59,118 nucleotides of DNA, from the IMG/VR virus record IMGVR_UViG_2974629454_000001, positions 1 through 59,118 of that record; one strand, written 5' to 3'. Position numbers and translations under genes: made by a program. The notes beneath the pieces are model-generated. The model was given only the letters and a program-made list of their open reading frames with translations, was not told the origin of the DNA and ran no database searches. Source of the stretch: Streptomyces virus LukeCage (Duplodnaviria; Heunggongvirae; Uroviricota; Caudoviricetes). Positions 1 through 7,899 of the stretch are shown piece after piece. How positions within the stretch are numbered: the first letter of the stretch is position 1; every line of letters begins with the position of its first letter.

Positions 1-284
1 GTGCAGGTAATCGAAAGGTTTCGTAAGCACATTTCCTTCATTTCTAAGGTCAGAAGGGGGTTCCAGCCTTCAATATGCAGCCAACATAGCCAGCCAGCCT
101 AATAAAGTATCGATTCAAGGGTGTAGACGGCCTCTAAAAACCAGCAAAAATAGCCCCAAAACCTGCCAAATCTGCCAATAATCGGCCCAAATCCTTCGAA
201 AACACAGTATTTCCCCGAGATTTTACACTCATTCGTAAAGCCGAAGGCAGATAGACCTTAGAATCATAGGTCAGATTGTCTATT

Positions 285-381
285 TAGCCTTAGATTCACA
301 GCCAGACTACTCAATTGATCAATCAGCCTACTATGACAGCCAAAGTATGCAGCCATGGCTATACAGCCTGCATACTCAGCC
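285..381. repeat. Phased (C/T)AGCC repeat array near the presumed genome end
   Basis: TAGCC at 285; CAGCC at 299, 324, 337, 350, 364 and 377 (13-14 bp period, one slot missing). Confidence 0.6.
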
Positions 382-401
382 AAGACAGATTGATTGTGTT
401 G

Positions 402-574
402 TGTCTTATATGTAGAATTGACCCGGTGGAGTATTGGTTGGCTCTCTATGTCTTATATACAAGGACACCTAATGCCACCGGCCAACAATCTCTCCTTGTC
501 CTATGTCTTATATCAGAAAACAGAAGAAGCCTCCCAAAAAGCGGGAGGCTTTGTTTCATGTCTTATATAAGACA
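402..574. repeat. Four TGTCTTATAT direct repeats, the last within a 16-bp palindrome
   Basis: Copies at 402, 449, 504 and 559; TGTCTTATATAAGACA at 559-574 is a perfect palindrome. Confidence 0.75.
527..551. terminator. GC hairpin, possible bidirectional terminator
   Basis: AAGCCTCCC-7nt-GGGAGGCTT flanked by A-rich and T-rich sequence. Confidence 0.55.
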
Positions 575-869
575 GACCGAACTAGCAATCAGAATCTTCC
601 GCAGATTTTAGAGCCATTCGTAAATGCGCTTCGATGATCTTTGTCAGATCTTCCGGGAATTTCAGGCCCATTCGTAAAGGGCGAAAACTCGGACATGTAG
701 GACAAATCAAAAATCAGACTGGTAGTCATTGTGTTAGTTAGGCTAAGCAATGAACCGGGGCGGTTAAATTGAAAGGTCCCTGGGTTGCAGCCGACCATCT
801 GCTATTTAACCCCTTGCCCGAATGGACTGATAGGGGACCCAGGAACACACCTTATGACCTCACTACAAT

Positions 870-898
870 AGTGTAACAAGGTCATTGCTCTGTGTCAA
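870..898 (-). promoter_or_regulatory. Sigma70/HrdB-type promoter with no convincing downstream ORF
   Basis: TTGACA-17-TACACT on the minus strand. Confidence 0.75.
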
Positions 899-1102
899 TC
901 ACCACTGCAATTCGTCAGTGACGTTGTAGTGCGAGACGAACGGCACGACCCAACGGGAATTCAGGAGCTTTCCCTTCTCCTCCCACAGAGTGAGAGTGCC
1001 AGTCTTGACATCGAACTCGATGCCATTGTCCATGATGCCTGTGAACTCCAGCTCCCTTCGAACACCCTCTTCGAGAACGATCACAGTCACAGTGCGAGTC
1101 AT
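899..1102 (-). CDS. Hypothetical early protein (67 aa)
   Basis: Start moved to MTRTVTV behind a GAAGGGA RBS and a promoter; host-like codon usage. Confidence 0.75.
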   Translation of the reverse strand: MTRTVTVIVLEEGVRRELEFTGIMDNGIEFDVKTGTLTLWEEKGKLLNSRWVVPFVSHYNVTDELQW

Positions 1103-1185
1103 GTTCTGTCCCTTCGTTGATACTAGTCTAACAGAGTACAAGGGAGCTGTCTACCACCGGGCCAAAATAACCGGGGCGGCCAAAA

Positions 1186-1205
1186 GCCCCCGCCTAAGCG
1201 GGGGC
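1186..1205 (-). terminator. GC hairpin after the DUF932 gene
   Basis: GCCCCCGC-CTAA-GCGGGGGC just past the stop. Confidence 0.6.
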
Positions 1206-1212
1206 CGTTGAC

Positions 1213-2214
1213 TCAGGCAGCCAGGGAGTAACCCAGGACGACCTTACGGATCTTGTTCTTCTCGGTGTTCGTGACCGGGTCGAATCCGGAAGCGGCGGCG
1301 AACAGGTTGTCCACCTCACCCTTACGCGGCATACGGTACCAGTCCTTGAACTCAGTGAAGGCGTTCAGCGCACCGGCCATGGTACCGGCCAGAGACTGAG
1401 TGGTCTTAGGACCGTCGCCCGTGTCGGTGAAGATGCCCATGTGCAGATCACGCTTGTTGTCCCACTTGACCTGAGAACCCTTGACGTTCTCCTTGGGACG
1501 CTCACCGTAGATCGCAGCGAACATCTCATCGAACTTGTCCTTCGTGCACTGCACGCGGAACAGCTCGTTCATCTCACGCTCGAACTCATCCGCGTACGTG
1601 AACGTGATGCTCAGTGCCTCACGCGCGGCGGCCATGCGACCCTCGATGGTCTGAGTGTGGCGCATCTTGAACTGCTGCTTCACACCGTTACGGAGTGCGA
1701 AGTTCAGCGTGTTCTGACACACGACACGGACCGGAGTGACGCTCACCTGAACAGCGAGAGAACCATCGTGGGAGGTGTTCACGAGCAGATACATGTTCGT
1801 GACATCCTCGTCACCGACCAGCACCTCACGACCGATACGCAGAGATCCGAAGACCTGCGTACCATCCTTGATAGAACCAGCCGTCTCCCAGACGCCACCA
1901 CCCGCAAGGATGCCGTCACCGAATGCGAACAGCTCCTCATTCTGGACGACCTTATACCGCTCCGCGACGATACCAAGGCTGTCAGCCTCACCATCGAACG
2001 GGTTGGTACGGATCACCTCGAAGGCACTCTTCTTGGCGCGACCCTTACGCTCCAACAGCTCCAACCGAACATTCCAGTCGGAAAGGTGGGCGAGTCGCAG
2101 CATCTCAGAGGTGGTGAGTTCCCCGTCGAAGACGGTGCCAAGCTGGTGCCATGCGGGCTCCAGACGAGAGGCGAACGCGACCTGACCACGGGAACCGATT
2201 TCGAGACCGTGCAT
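1213..2214 (-). CDS. DUF932-family protein (phage/plasmid-like TIGR03299 type)
   Basis: MHGLE..AWHQLG..Y.VVQN.ELF..WETAGS..G..VFG..NTSHDGS..V.VTPVRVVCQNTL..HT; AGGAG RBS before ATG 2214. Confidence 0.85.
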   Translation of the reverse strand: MHGLEIGSRGQVAFASRLEPAWHQLGTVFDGELTTSEMLRLAHLSDWNVRLELLERKGRAKKSAFEVIRTNPFDGEADSLGIVAERYKVVQNEELFAFGDGILAGGGVWETAGSIKDGTQVFGSLRIGREVLVGDEDVTNMYLLVNTSHDGSLAVQVSVTPVRVVCQNTLNFALRNGVKQQFKMRHTQTIEGRMAAAREALSITFTYADEFEREMNELFRVQCTKDKFDEMFAAIYGERPKENVKGSQVKWDNKRDLHMGIFTDTGDGPKTTQSLAGTMAGALNAFTEFKDWYRMPRKGEVDNLFAAASGFDPVTNTEKNKIRKVVLGYSLAA

Positions 2215-2423
2215 TTTTGCTCCTAGTGTAGGTGTTTCTTCTAGCTTACTTGCACGGAGACTACTTGTCAAAGTAGTCAGAGAGCACACTGTTGAGTTGA
2301 TCAAGAACAGATCATCCAAGGCTTCGGGCTTTCGCCTTCCCCCTTGCTGATAGCTCAAGTCTAACAGAGTCTAGGGTGTTGTGTCTACATGGTTCAAGGG
2401 AGATCATTTCGCCGGGGCGGCTT

Positions 2424-2443
2424 GTGGCCCCCGAAGGGGCCAC
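2424..2443 (-). terminator. GC hairpin with a UUCG loop on the transcribed strand
   Basis: GTGGCCCC-CGAA-GGGGCCAC; similar hairpins near 3318, 4932, 5393, 6016, 6305, 6785, 7314, 7767, 8560 and 9274. Confidence 0.65.
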
Positions 2444-2449
2444 CGCTAA

Positions 2450-2842
2450 TTAGGGAATCATCCCCAGAGGTTCGAACGTTCCGATAATCTCGGAATCCTT
2501 CACCGCCGCCACAGACTGATAGGTACCGGGTCGCACCTCAGACTTAGTGTCGTAGGCGACGACCATGTAACCAGCGTCGTCCAGGTCATAGCCGAAGTCA
2601 TCGAACCATTCGGCCACCTGCTCAGGAGACGTGAGAACACAGAACTCATTGGGCATGATACCGCCCGGCACATCGGTCCACGGCGTGGGGTGCGTCTCGT
2701 CGGTGTGCTCACGGCACAGACGGTTGGAAACGGACTTCACCTGCGGGTCGAAAGAGTCGAAACCCTCTCGATACGGACCGGCCCACTTACCCGTACGGTT
2801 GCCCTCATGCGTCGGGGGAAGGGCAACACGGTAAACGATCAC
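2450..2842 (-). CDS. Hypothetical early protein
   Basis: 130 aa, GTG start, GGAGG RBS, own promoter and hairpin. Confidence 0.8.
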   Translation of the reverse strand: MIVYRVALPPTHEGNRTGKWAGPYREGFDSFDPQVKSVSNRLCREHTDETHPTPWTDVPGGIMPNEFCVLTSPEQVAEWFDDFGYDLDDAGYMVVAYDTKSEVRPGTYQSVAAVKDSEIIGTFEPLGMIP

Positions 2843-2953
2843 GTTTCCTCCTAGGTTTCCCTGGTTGGTAGTCCTAGTCTAACGTAGTGTCAGCAGAGAT
2901 CGCAACACAATCAACCATGATCTTTTGACCGGGGCGGCCCGAAGGCCGCTGTG

Positions 2954-3301
2954 TCAAGTGCCCATACGAATGATCATCTGTTCGATGATGAACCGGCACA
3001 CAGAAGCTCGGTTGTATTCGTCGTCATTGCGCGTAGTACCCGCAGCTTCCTTGGCAGCCATTGCGTTAATGATTCCGATAGCCAGATCGAACAGAGGCTT
3101 TTGCAATTCCTCATGCTGGCTACACATCAGATACGCAAGGGTGTGAGCGTTGAATGTACGCTTATCGAGTACAGAGAGAATCTTGTCGGCATCCTTTTCC
3201 GCCGCGCTCCGCCGTGTAGACGTAGTACGTGCGCCCTGATAGACATCAGGAGCAATTACCGAAACCTCTGCCAGACGAAAGATATCGCCATTGCGTGCCA
3301 T
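2954..3301 (-). CDS. Hypothetical early protein
   Basis: 115 aa, GGAGG RBS. Confidence 0.8.
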   Translation of the reverse strand: MARNGDIFRLAEVSVIAPDVYQGARTTSTRRSAAEKDADKILSVLDKRTFNAHTLAYLMCSQHEELQKPLFDLAIGIINAMAAKEAAGTTRNDDEYNRASVCRFIIEQMIIRMGT

Positions 3302-3342
3302 TGTGCCTCCAATGGAACGGCCCCCTTTCGGGGGCCGTAGCC

Positions 3343-3504
3343 TTACTTGGGTTCGAAGTCTTGCGTATTCCCATATCCATCAGTTACGCTGACAGACATA
3401 CCGAGTACCGTTGCCAGGAAGGGGCCGAGAGCTTGGATCATGCTCCATGCCTGGTCTTCCTGGTCATCTCCATTGGGCTCGATTTCGAGCATCACGTTAG
3501 GCAT
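3343..3504 (-). CDS. Small acidic hypothetical protein (53 aa)
   Basis: Manually translated MPNVMLEIEPNGDDQEDQAW...DFEPK; follows the lsr2 stop and is followed by a hairpin. Confidence 0.65.
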   Translation of the reverse strand: MPNVMLEIEPNGDDQEDQAWSMIQALGPFLATVLGMSVSVTDGYGNTQDFEPK

Positions 3505-3513
3505 AGGTCTACC

Positions 3514-4026
3514 TTACTTGACCTTGACCTCTACGTCAAGACCCAGCACCACCGGGCTGCCGCAGGAACAGTGAGACAGGCTGTAACCGCACTTGCACGC
3601 CTCACGCTCGTTGAAGCGCCACACCTTGCCCTTACGGTCGACGGCCACGTACTCCGTGTTACGGCCACGGGTAGCAGGCGCAGCCGGGCGAACGTCCTTA
3701 CCGGTGGTCACCTTCACACCGGTAACAGCCGCAGCCTTGACATCCGGATTGGCCTTTGCGTACGCCTCCAGGATCTCACCGGAGATACGGCCACGGGAGT
3801 TGATCTCGATACCGTTGGCCTTAGCCCACGTGCGAACCTTCTTAGCGTCGTAGGCACCAGCCTTGACAGCAGCGGGCTTGTTGGTACGCACCACGCCAGT
3901 GTCAGCGAAGACGGTACCCGCAGCCTCAGCAGCCTTGATCGCCTCGTTTGCTGCCACACTCATTCGACCACGCTTGCCCATCTCAGCGAGACCGAGGGAA
4001 GCGGCGTACTCACGGCGAGTCTGCAT
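3514..4026 (-). CDS. lsr2: Lsr2-like DNA-binding protein
   Basis: VRTWAKANGIEINSRGRISGEILEAY matches the Lsr2 C-terminal RGR AT-hook domain; second degenerate copy at the N-terminus; Cys cluster at the C-terminus. Confidence 0.85.
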   Translation of the reverse strand: MQTRREYAASLGLAEMGKRGRMSVAANEAIKAAEAAGTVFADTGVVRTNKPAAVKAGAYDAKKVRTWAKANGIEINSRGRISGEILEAYAKANPDVKAAAVTGVKVTTGKDVRPAAPATRGRNTEYVAVDRKGKVWRFNEREACKCGYSLSHCSCGSPVVLGLDVEVKVK

Positions 4027-4137
4027 TTGGTTCCTTCCGTTGTCCTTCGTTGTACCTTAAGCATAACAGAGCAAGGGGGACGGGGCAACATGAAATTATG
4101 TCCGGTTTGTCTCGCCGCCCCGGCCCGAAGGCCCGCA

Positions 4138-4860
4138 CTATTTCTTAGTGCGAGAGAACCGGATATCAGCCTTACCGAAGATACACAGGCCGCACGTTAC
4201 GCACGCGCCACCCTTTTCGGTAATCAGAGGAATCTGCTTAGCATTCTCGGGACACTTTCCACCGGGAACACCAGTCAGAGTTTCGAAGATCTCTTTGCCC
4301 TCGTTGAAGGTTTCTCCCAGATATGCCATTTTGACACCGGGATTGTCAGCCGCGCAAAGAAGCCCGGCGTTAAGGTTTTCCTTGTCTACACTAAGGTAGA
4401 CAGCCATGTTGGGGAATCCGTAGATGCATTCCACGTACTGGAATGAACGGGTGTAAATCCAGAATTGCACATCAGGGTGGTGATAGACCACATAGTTGAT
4501 GGCAATTGCATATTCCTCGGAGAAGATATCCCCGTCAGCGTGCCAACGGAAATACTTAGGCACGTTGTACTTTTCGCACTCCGCCTCGAATTCATCGATC
4601 ATCTGCGTCAGGAGCTTGACCATTACGCCATAAGGCGCATCCTTAAGCAATTCCCAGTTGTGCATAGCAACAGCAAGGAATGCGGGATACTGCTTTTCGA
4701 TCCTACCGGCATAGCAGATGCTCTCACATACACCGGTCGCACCGGGACAAGAGAACGCCTTACCGGACGGCAGAGAGAATGCGTTTTTGATGAGCGACTG
4801 CTTACCCGCAGTGTTGGCTCGGACGGTGGTCTTGCGGTCGTTCGTTCGCTTGAGTCCCAT
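4138..4860 (-). CDS. GP88-like (radical-SAM-like fold) protein
   Basis: FSLP..CPGATGVCESICYA and YFRWHADGDIF motifs; apparently leaderless (TAGGAT-6nt-ATG). Confidence 0.7.
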   Translation of the reverse strand: MGLKRTNDRKTTVRANTAGKQSLIKNAFSLPSGKAFSCPGATGVCESICYAGRIEKQYPAFLAVAMHNWELLKDAPYGVMVKLLTQMIDEFEAECEKYNVPKYFRWHADGDIFSEEYAIAINYVVYHHPDVQFWIYTRSFQYVECIYGFPNMAVYLSVDKENLNAGLLCAADNPGVKMAYLGETFNEGKEIFETLTGVPGGKCPENAKQIPLITEKGGACVTCGLCIFGKADIRFSRTKK

Positions 4861-4963
4861 GGATTCATCCTAGCAGACGTAAGAGAGAGAATCAACATGC
4901 TTGAGTCAAGATCTTTTGACCGCCCCGGCCAAACGGCCCCCGAAGGGGCCGTTGGCTTTCTGA

Positions 4964-5128
4964 TTACTTGGGAGCGACCTCGAAGTCGTCCAGGCCGAGC
5001 GCGATGGTCTCGAACTCGGTACCCATGTTGTCGGTCATCTCGGCGACGATGTTGCGAACGAGGGCGACACGCACGGTGGCGGTCATGGGGGTCTCGGCGA
5101 TGACCTTGGCGATGGCGAGAGCCTTCAT
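4964..5128 (-). CDS. Small hypothetical protein (54 aa)
   Basis: Manually translated MKALAIAKVIAETP...FEVAPK; strong GC3 bias, own promoter, hairpin after the stop. Confidence 0.75.
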   Translation of the reverse strand: MKALAIAKVIAETPMTATVRVALVRNIVAEMTDNMGTEFETIALGLDDFEVAPK

Positions 5129-5183
5129 TTTGGAGCCTTTCGTCGTGGTGTGTTCTTAGTCTAGCGGATGGAACTTGGTTTGT

Positions 5184-5282
5184 CTACTCGCAGTCGACCA
5201 GAATTTCCATGTCGTCCAGGTGAGCGTCGGCACCGTAGGTGTCGTCCTGCTCGTCCTCAATCTTGGCAAGGGTGACAGCCAT
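5184..5282 (-). CDS. 32-aa highly acidic peptide
   Basis: MAVTLAKIEDEQDDTYGADAHLDDMEILVDCE; GAGAGGTGG RBS, own promoter. Confidence 0.65.
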   Translation of the reverse strand: MAVTLAKIEDEQDDTYGADAHLDDMEILVDCE

Positions 5283-5414
5283 CTCAACCACCTCTCTGGG
5301 AGGTTTCCCTCCCTTTCGATGTCTCTAGTCTAACAGACGTAAGCGATGATGTACAACGGGTTCTCAGCATGATCTTTTGACCGGGGCGGTTCGCGCCCCG
5401 AAGGGCGCTAGCCG

Positions 5415-5909
5415 TTAGCGAGGGTTACAGATTCCGCAGTCCCAGCCACAACCGTAACTGTCGTAGCTGTAGCTGTTCTCGTAGCTCAGACGCGCAGCCT
5501 CTTCGGCCTTCTCGATCTTCTTGACCTCCGCGTCGATCATGTCCTTCGCGTCCTTGAGGCTGAGGAACGGGAAGTCGTTGCGGAGACGCTTGATGCACGT
5601 GATCTTGTAGAGCTTGCCGATCTCCTTGACGATCTTCGGAGCGGCCTCACGCGCCTGGTTGTAAGCGAAGTCCTCGATTCCACGCAGACGAACCAGCTCG
5701 CTCTTTTCGAGCGTCAGACCCTCGTTCTTGAGCTGGATCTGACCCGCGACCTTACCGGCCTCGTACCCGTCCGTGTAGCTCTTGTCGGATGCCGCGAGAA
5801 GGGTCATGTCGTGGTAGTTCTTGATCCTGTCAGCCACGTCCATGGCCTGCGTGAAGCCCATCTCCACACCCTCGTCGAGGAAGATCTTCAAAACGTCCAG
5901 GGCGTCCAT
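5415..5909 (-). CDS. Protein with a ribosomal L7/L12 C-terminal-like motif
   Basis: KITCIKRLRNDFPFLSLKDAKDMID resembles the bL12 CTD motif K..VIK.VR..TGLGLKEAK.LV. Confidence 0.65.
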   Translation of the reverse strand: MDALDVLKIFLDEGVEMGFTQAMDVADRIKNYHDMTLLAASDKSYTDGYEAGKVAGQIQLKNEGLTLEKSELVRLRGIEDFAYNQAREAAPKIVKEIGKLYKITCIKRLRNDFPFLSLKDAKDMIDAEVKKIEKAEEAARLSYENSYSYDSYGCGWDCGICNPR

Positions 5910-6039
5910 GTGTTCCTCTCTTAGAGGGAGTGTCCCTCTTTGATGTCTCTACTATAGCAAGGAAAGGGGACCGGATGCAACACAGTCCACGAAGATCTTT
6001 TCGCCGGGGCGGCTAGGCCGCCCGAAGGCGGCCCGCTGC

Positions 6040-6228
6040 TCAGTATGCGATGTTGAGCTGGAGGTGATCCACCTTCTCGAAGTTGATCACATGGACACCA
6101 CCGTCAGTGCTCTCGATGAGAGCGACCTTACTGTACAGCTTCTCCTGAACGGCTTCCACGTTACCCTTCGCACGGAACTTGACGGGCTGGTCGCGGTCGC
6201 TGTAGTAGACGGTGACGTGAGTGTTCAC
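6040..6228 (-). CDS. Hypothetical early protein
   Basis: 62 aa, GGGAGG RBS, GTG start, own promoter. Confidence 0.75.
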   Translation of the reverse strand: MNTHVTVYYSDRDQPVKFRAKGNVEAVQEKLYSKVALIESTDGGVHVINFEKVDHLQLNIAY

Positions 6229-6329
6229 TTTGCCTCCCGGCCTCGTTGATAGCTCTAGTCTACATGAACAGAGTCAGGATTACAACCCCGAACCGGGGCG
6301 GCTAGAGGGGCCGAAGCCCCTCCGCCTTT

Positions 6330-6689
6330 CTACCGACGACCCATGGGAAAACCCTTACGCGCTGCCTCCCTTTCCAGCTCCCATCCGTTGTTCGTCTCGC
6401 TGGGGTGAACGTATTCGATTTCCTTGATGCCCAGCAGATAGGCGACGAGCAGACGGTGATGACCGTTGGTCACACGGTTACGCTCAGGGCTGTACACGAT
6501 GGGCGTTTTGATGCCTTCCTTCTCGATGCTCTCGATGAACGCACGGGGCAGCTCATCGAACTTAGCGAGCATGCACTTTTCCTTGTCGTCCATGTAGCGG
6601 GAACCGTAGTTGCCCGTACGAGAGTCGGAAGCGTCTCCGAAGATCGCATCGTGCCAGAGCTTTTCCACGTTCGCCTGGGGCATCTTCAC
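6330..6689 (-). CDS. ParB/sulfiredoxin N-terminal domain protein
   Basis: SIEKEGIKTPIV..VTNGHHRLL.A.LLG matches the ParB-N signature; no room for an HTH. Confidence 0.75.
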   Translation of the reverse strand: MKMPQANVEKLWHDAIFGDASDSRTGNYGSRYMDDKEKCMLAKFDELPRAFIESIEKEGIKTPIVYSPERNRVTNGHHRLLVAYLLGIKEIEYVHPSETNNGWELEREAARKGFPMGRR

Positions 6690-6809
6690 TCCAAGTTTTC
6701 TCGCCCTGTTGGTAGTTATAGTCTAACGGATGATGTGATGGGGAGTCAACTCAACCCATCAAGATTTTTAGCCGGGGCGGCTAGGCCGCCCGAAGGCGGC
6801 CCGCCATGA

Positions 6810-6953
6810 TCAGACCCAGTTCCAGCCGAGGTGAAGAAGGGCACCGACGATCATGATCAGAAAGGCACTGACACCAGCATTGACGAGAAAGAGCAGAACA
6901 GCCTGCGGGCCGGTGCAGTTGGAAGCGGTGATCGGACCCTTGACGTTGTACAT
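6810..6953 (-). CDS. Small membrane protein (47 aa)
   Basis: Manually translated; AGGAG RBS; long hydrophobic segment AVLLFLVNAGVSAFLIMIVGALL. Confidence 0.65.
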   Translation of the reverse strand: MYNVKGPITASNCTGPQAVLLFLVNAGVSAFLIMIVGALLHLGWNWV

Positions 6954-6960
6954 GTCACTC

Positions 6961-7077
6961 CTAGAGAAAGGCGAAGAGCACAGTCTTTGCTGTCCACAAG
7001 CCTAGCATAAGTAGGCCGATCAGGAAAGGTATGAGAACTAGTAGTCCTGCACACCCGACGATCTTTATCAGACCCAC
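6961..7077 (-). CDS. Possible small membrane peptide (38 aa)
   Basis: GTG start overlapping the upstream gene; hydrophobic; no clear RBS; codon usage less host-like. Confidence 0.4.
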   Translation of the reverse strand: MGLIKIVGCAGLLVLIPFLIGLLMLGLWTAKTVLFAFL

Positions 7078-7226
7078 TCAAGGGGGTCGTAGTCGAAGAT
7101 GTCACGGTGATCACGGTAGCGATCTGCACGCTGCCTCTTGATCTCACCGAGCTTCTTGATTTCCTTGACGCGCTTGGTCTGCGCCAGGTATCGCTCGTTC
7201 CGCAGCCTACGAAGATCTTCTCGCAT
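7068..7226 (-). CDS. Small basic hypothetical protein (52 aa)
   Basis: MREDLRRLRNERY...DYDPLEWV; GAAGGGA RBS, own promoter. Confidence 0.7.
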   Translation of the reverse strand: MREDLRRLRNERYLAQTKRVKEIKKLGEIKRQRADRYRDHRDIFDYDPLEWV

Positions 7227-7337
7227 TTCGTTCCCTTCGTTGTGTCTCTAGTATATACAGAGGTGGGAGGGAAGCGCAACATAGATCTTCAAGATCTTTT
7301 CGCCGGGGCGGCTTGCGCCCCGAAGGGCGCAGCCTTA

Positions 7338-7676
7338 TCAGTCTCGGATGTTCATGACCTCACGGTAGAACCGAAGGTAGGCATCCGCAGCGTCCTCGGC
7401 ATCCTCCAAAGACTCGTAGTCACCGAATCCGTCAAGAGTGGTCATGGTGAACGCTCCCTCTTCGTTGCGGGAAGCGTAGCGGAGGCTGTACGACTTGTCT
7501 TCCGGGTCCGATCGGTATTCGGAAGTGATGAAGATCGATCCGCGCTGACCGATGGGGAAAACGTTCGGCTGGAGTTCCGTGTTGAAGAACTCCATAGACC
7601 CCTTCGTGAACCAGTGTCGGGCGGTGGAGTTGGACTCACGGGACGCCTTGACGATCTGGTGCATCGTGGAGAACAT
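7338..7676 (-). CDS. Hypothetical early protein
   Basis: 112 aa, GAGAGG RBS, own promoter and hairpin. Confidence 0.8.
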   Translation of the reverse strand: MFSTMHQIVKASRESNSTARHWFTKGSMEFFNTELQPNVFPIGQRGSIFITSEYRSDPEDKSYSLRYASRNEEGAFTMTTLDGFGDYESLEDAEDAADAYLRFYREVMNIRD

Positions 7677-7788
7677 TTACGTTCCTCTCGCTCGGTGTAA
7701 GACGAGTCTAACACACTCATAGGACAGAACACAAGCCCTCTAGCAAATCAGCCGGGGCGGCCAAACGGCCCCCGAAGGGGCCAGATGA

Positions 7789-7899
7789 CTAGCGACCTTG
7801 CTTCAAGATCGCATCGATGCCATAGAGGAGAATGATTCCCAGTCCGATGGTGTATGAACCGCTGATTACCGAGAGGTACAGAATCATGATCGCTTCCAT
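7789..7899 (-). CDS. Small membrane peptide (36 aa)
   Basis: TGATG coupling with the upstream gene; MEAIMILYLSVISGSYTIGLGIILLYGIDAILKQGR. Confidence 0.55.
   Translation of the reverse strand: MEAIMILYLSVISGSYTIGLGIILLYGIDAILKQGR

Noticed and set aside
589-798. 69-aa minus-strand ORF below the 870-898 promoter
   Set aside because: No RBS, runs through the conserved motif and repeats; treated as non-coding.
820-840. CTGATAG near hairpins (also about 2346) as a hammerhead ribozyme core
   Set aside because: The core needs CUGANGA plus GAAA with three stems; these are not present.
1441-2226. 261-aa plus-strand ORF, and similar plus-strand ORFs at 4465-5103, 7107-7700, 8209-8712 and 10702-11460
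   Set aside because: Antisense shadows of better-supported minus-strand genes.
3229-4446. 405-aa plus-strand ORF
   Set aside because: Antisense shadow of lsr2 and GP88-like genes with GC3 bias; it crosses promoters and hairpins and has no RBS or recognisable motif.
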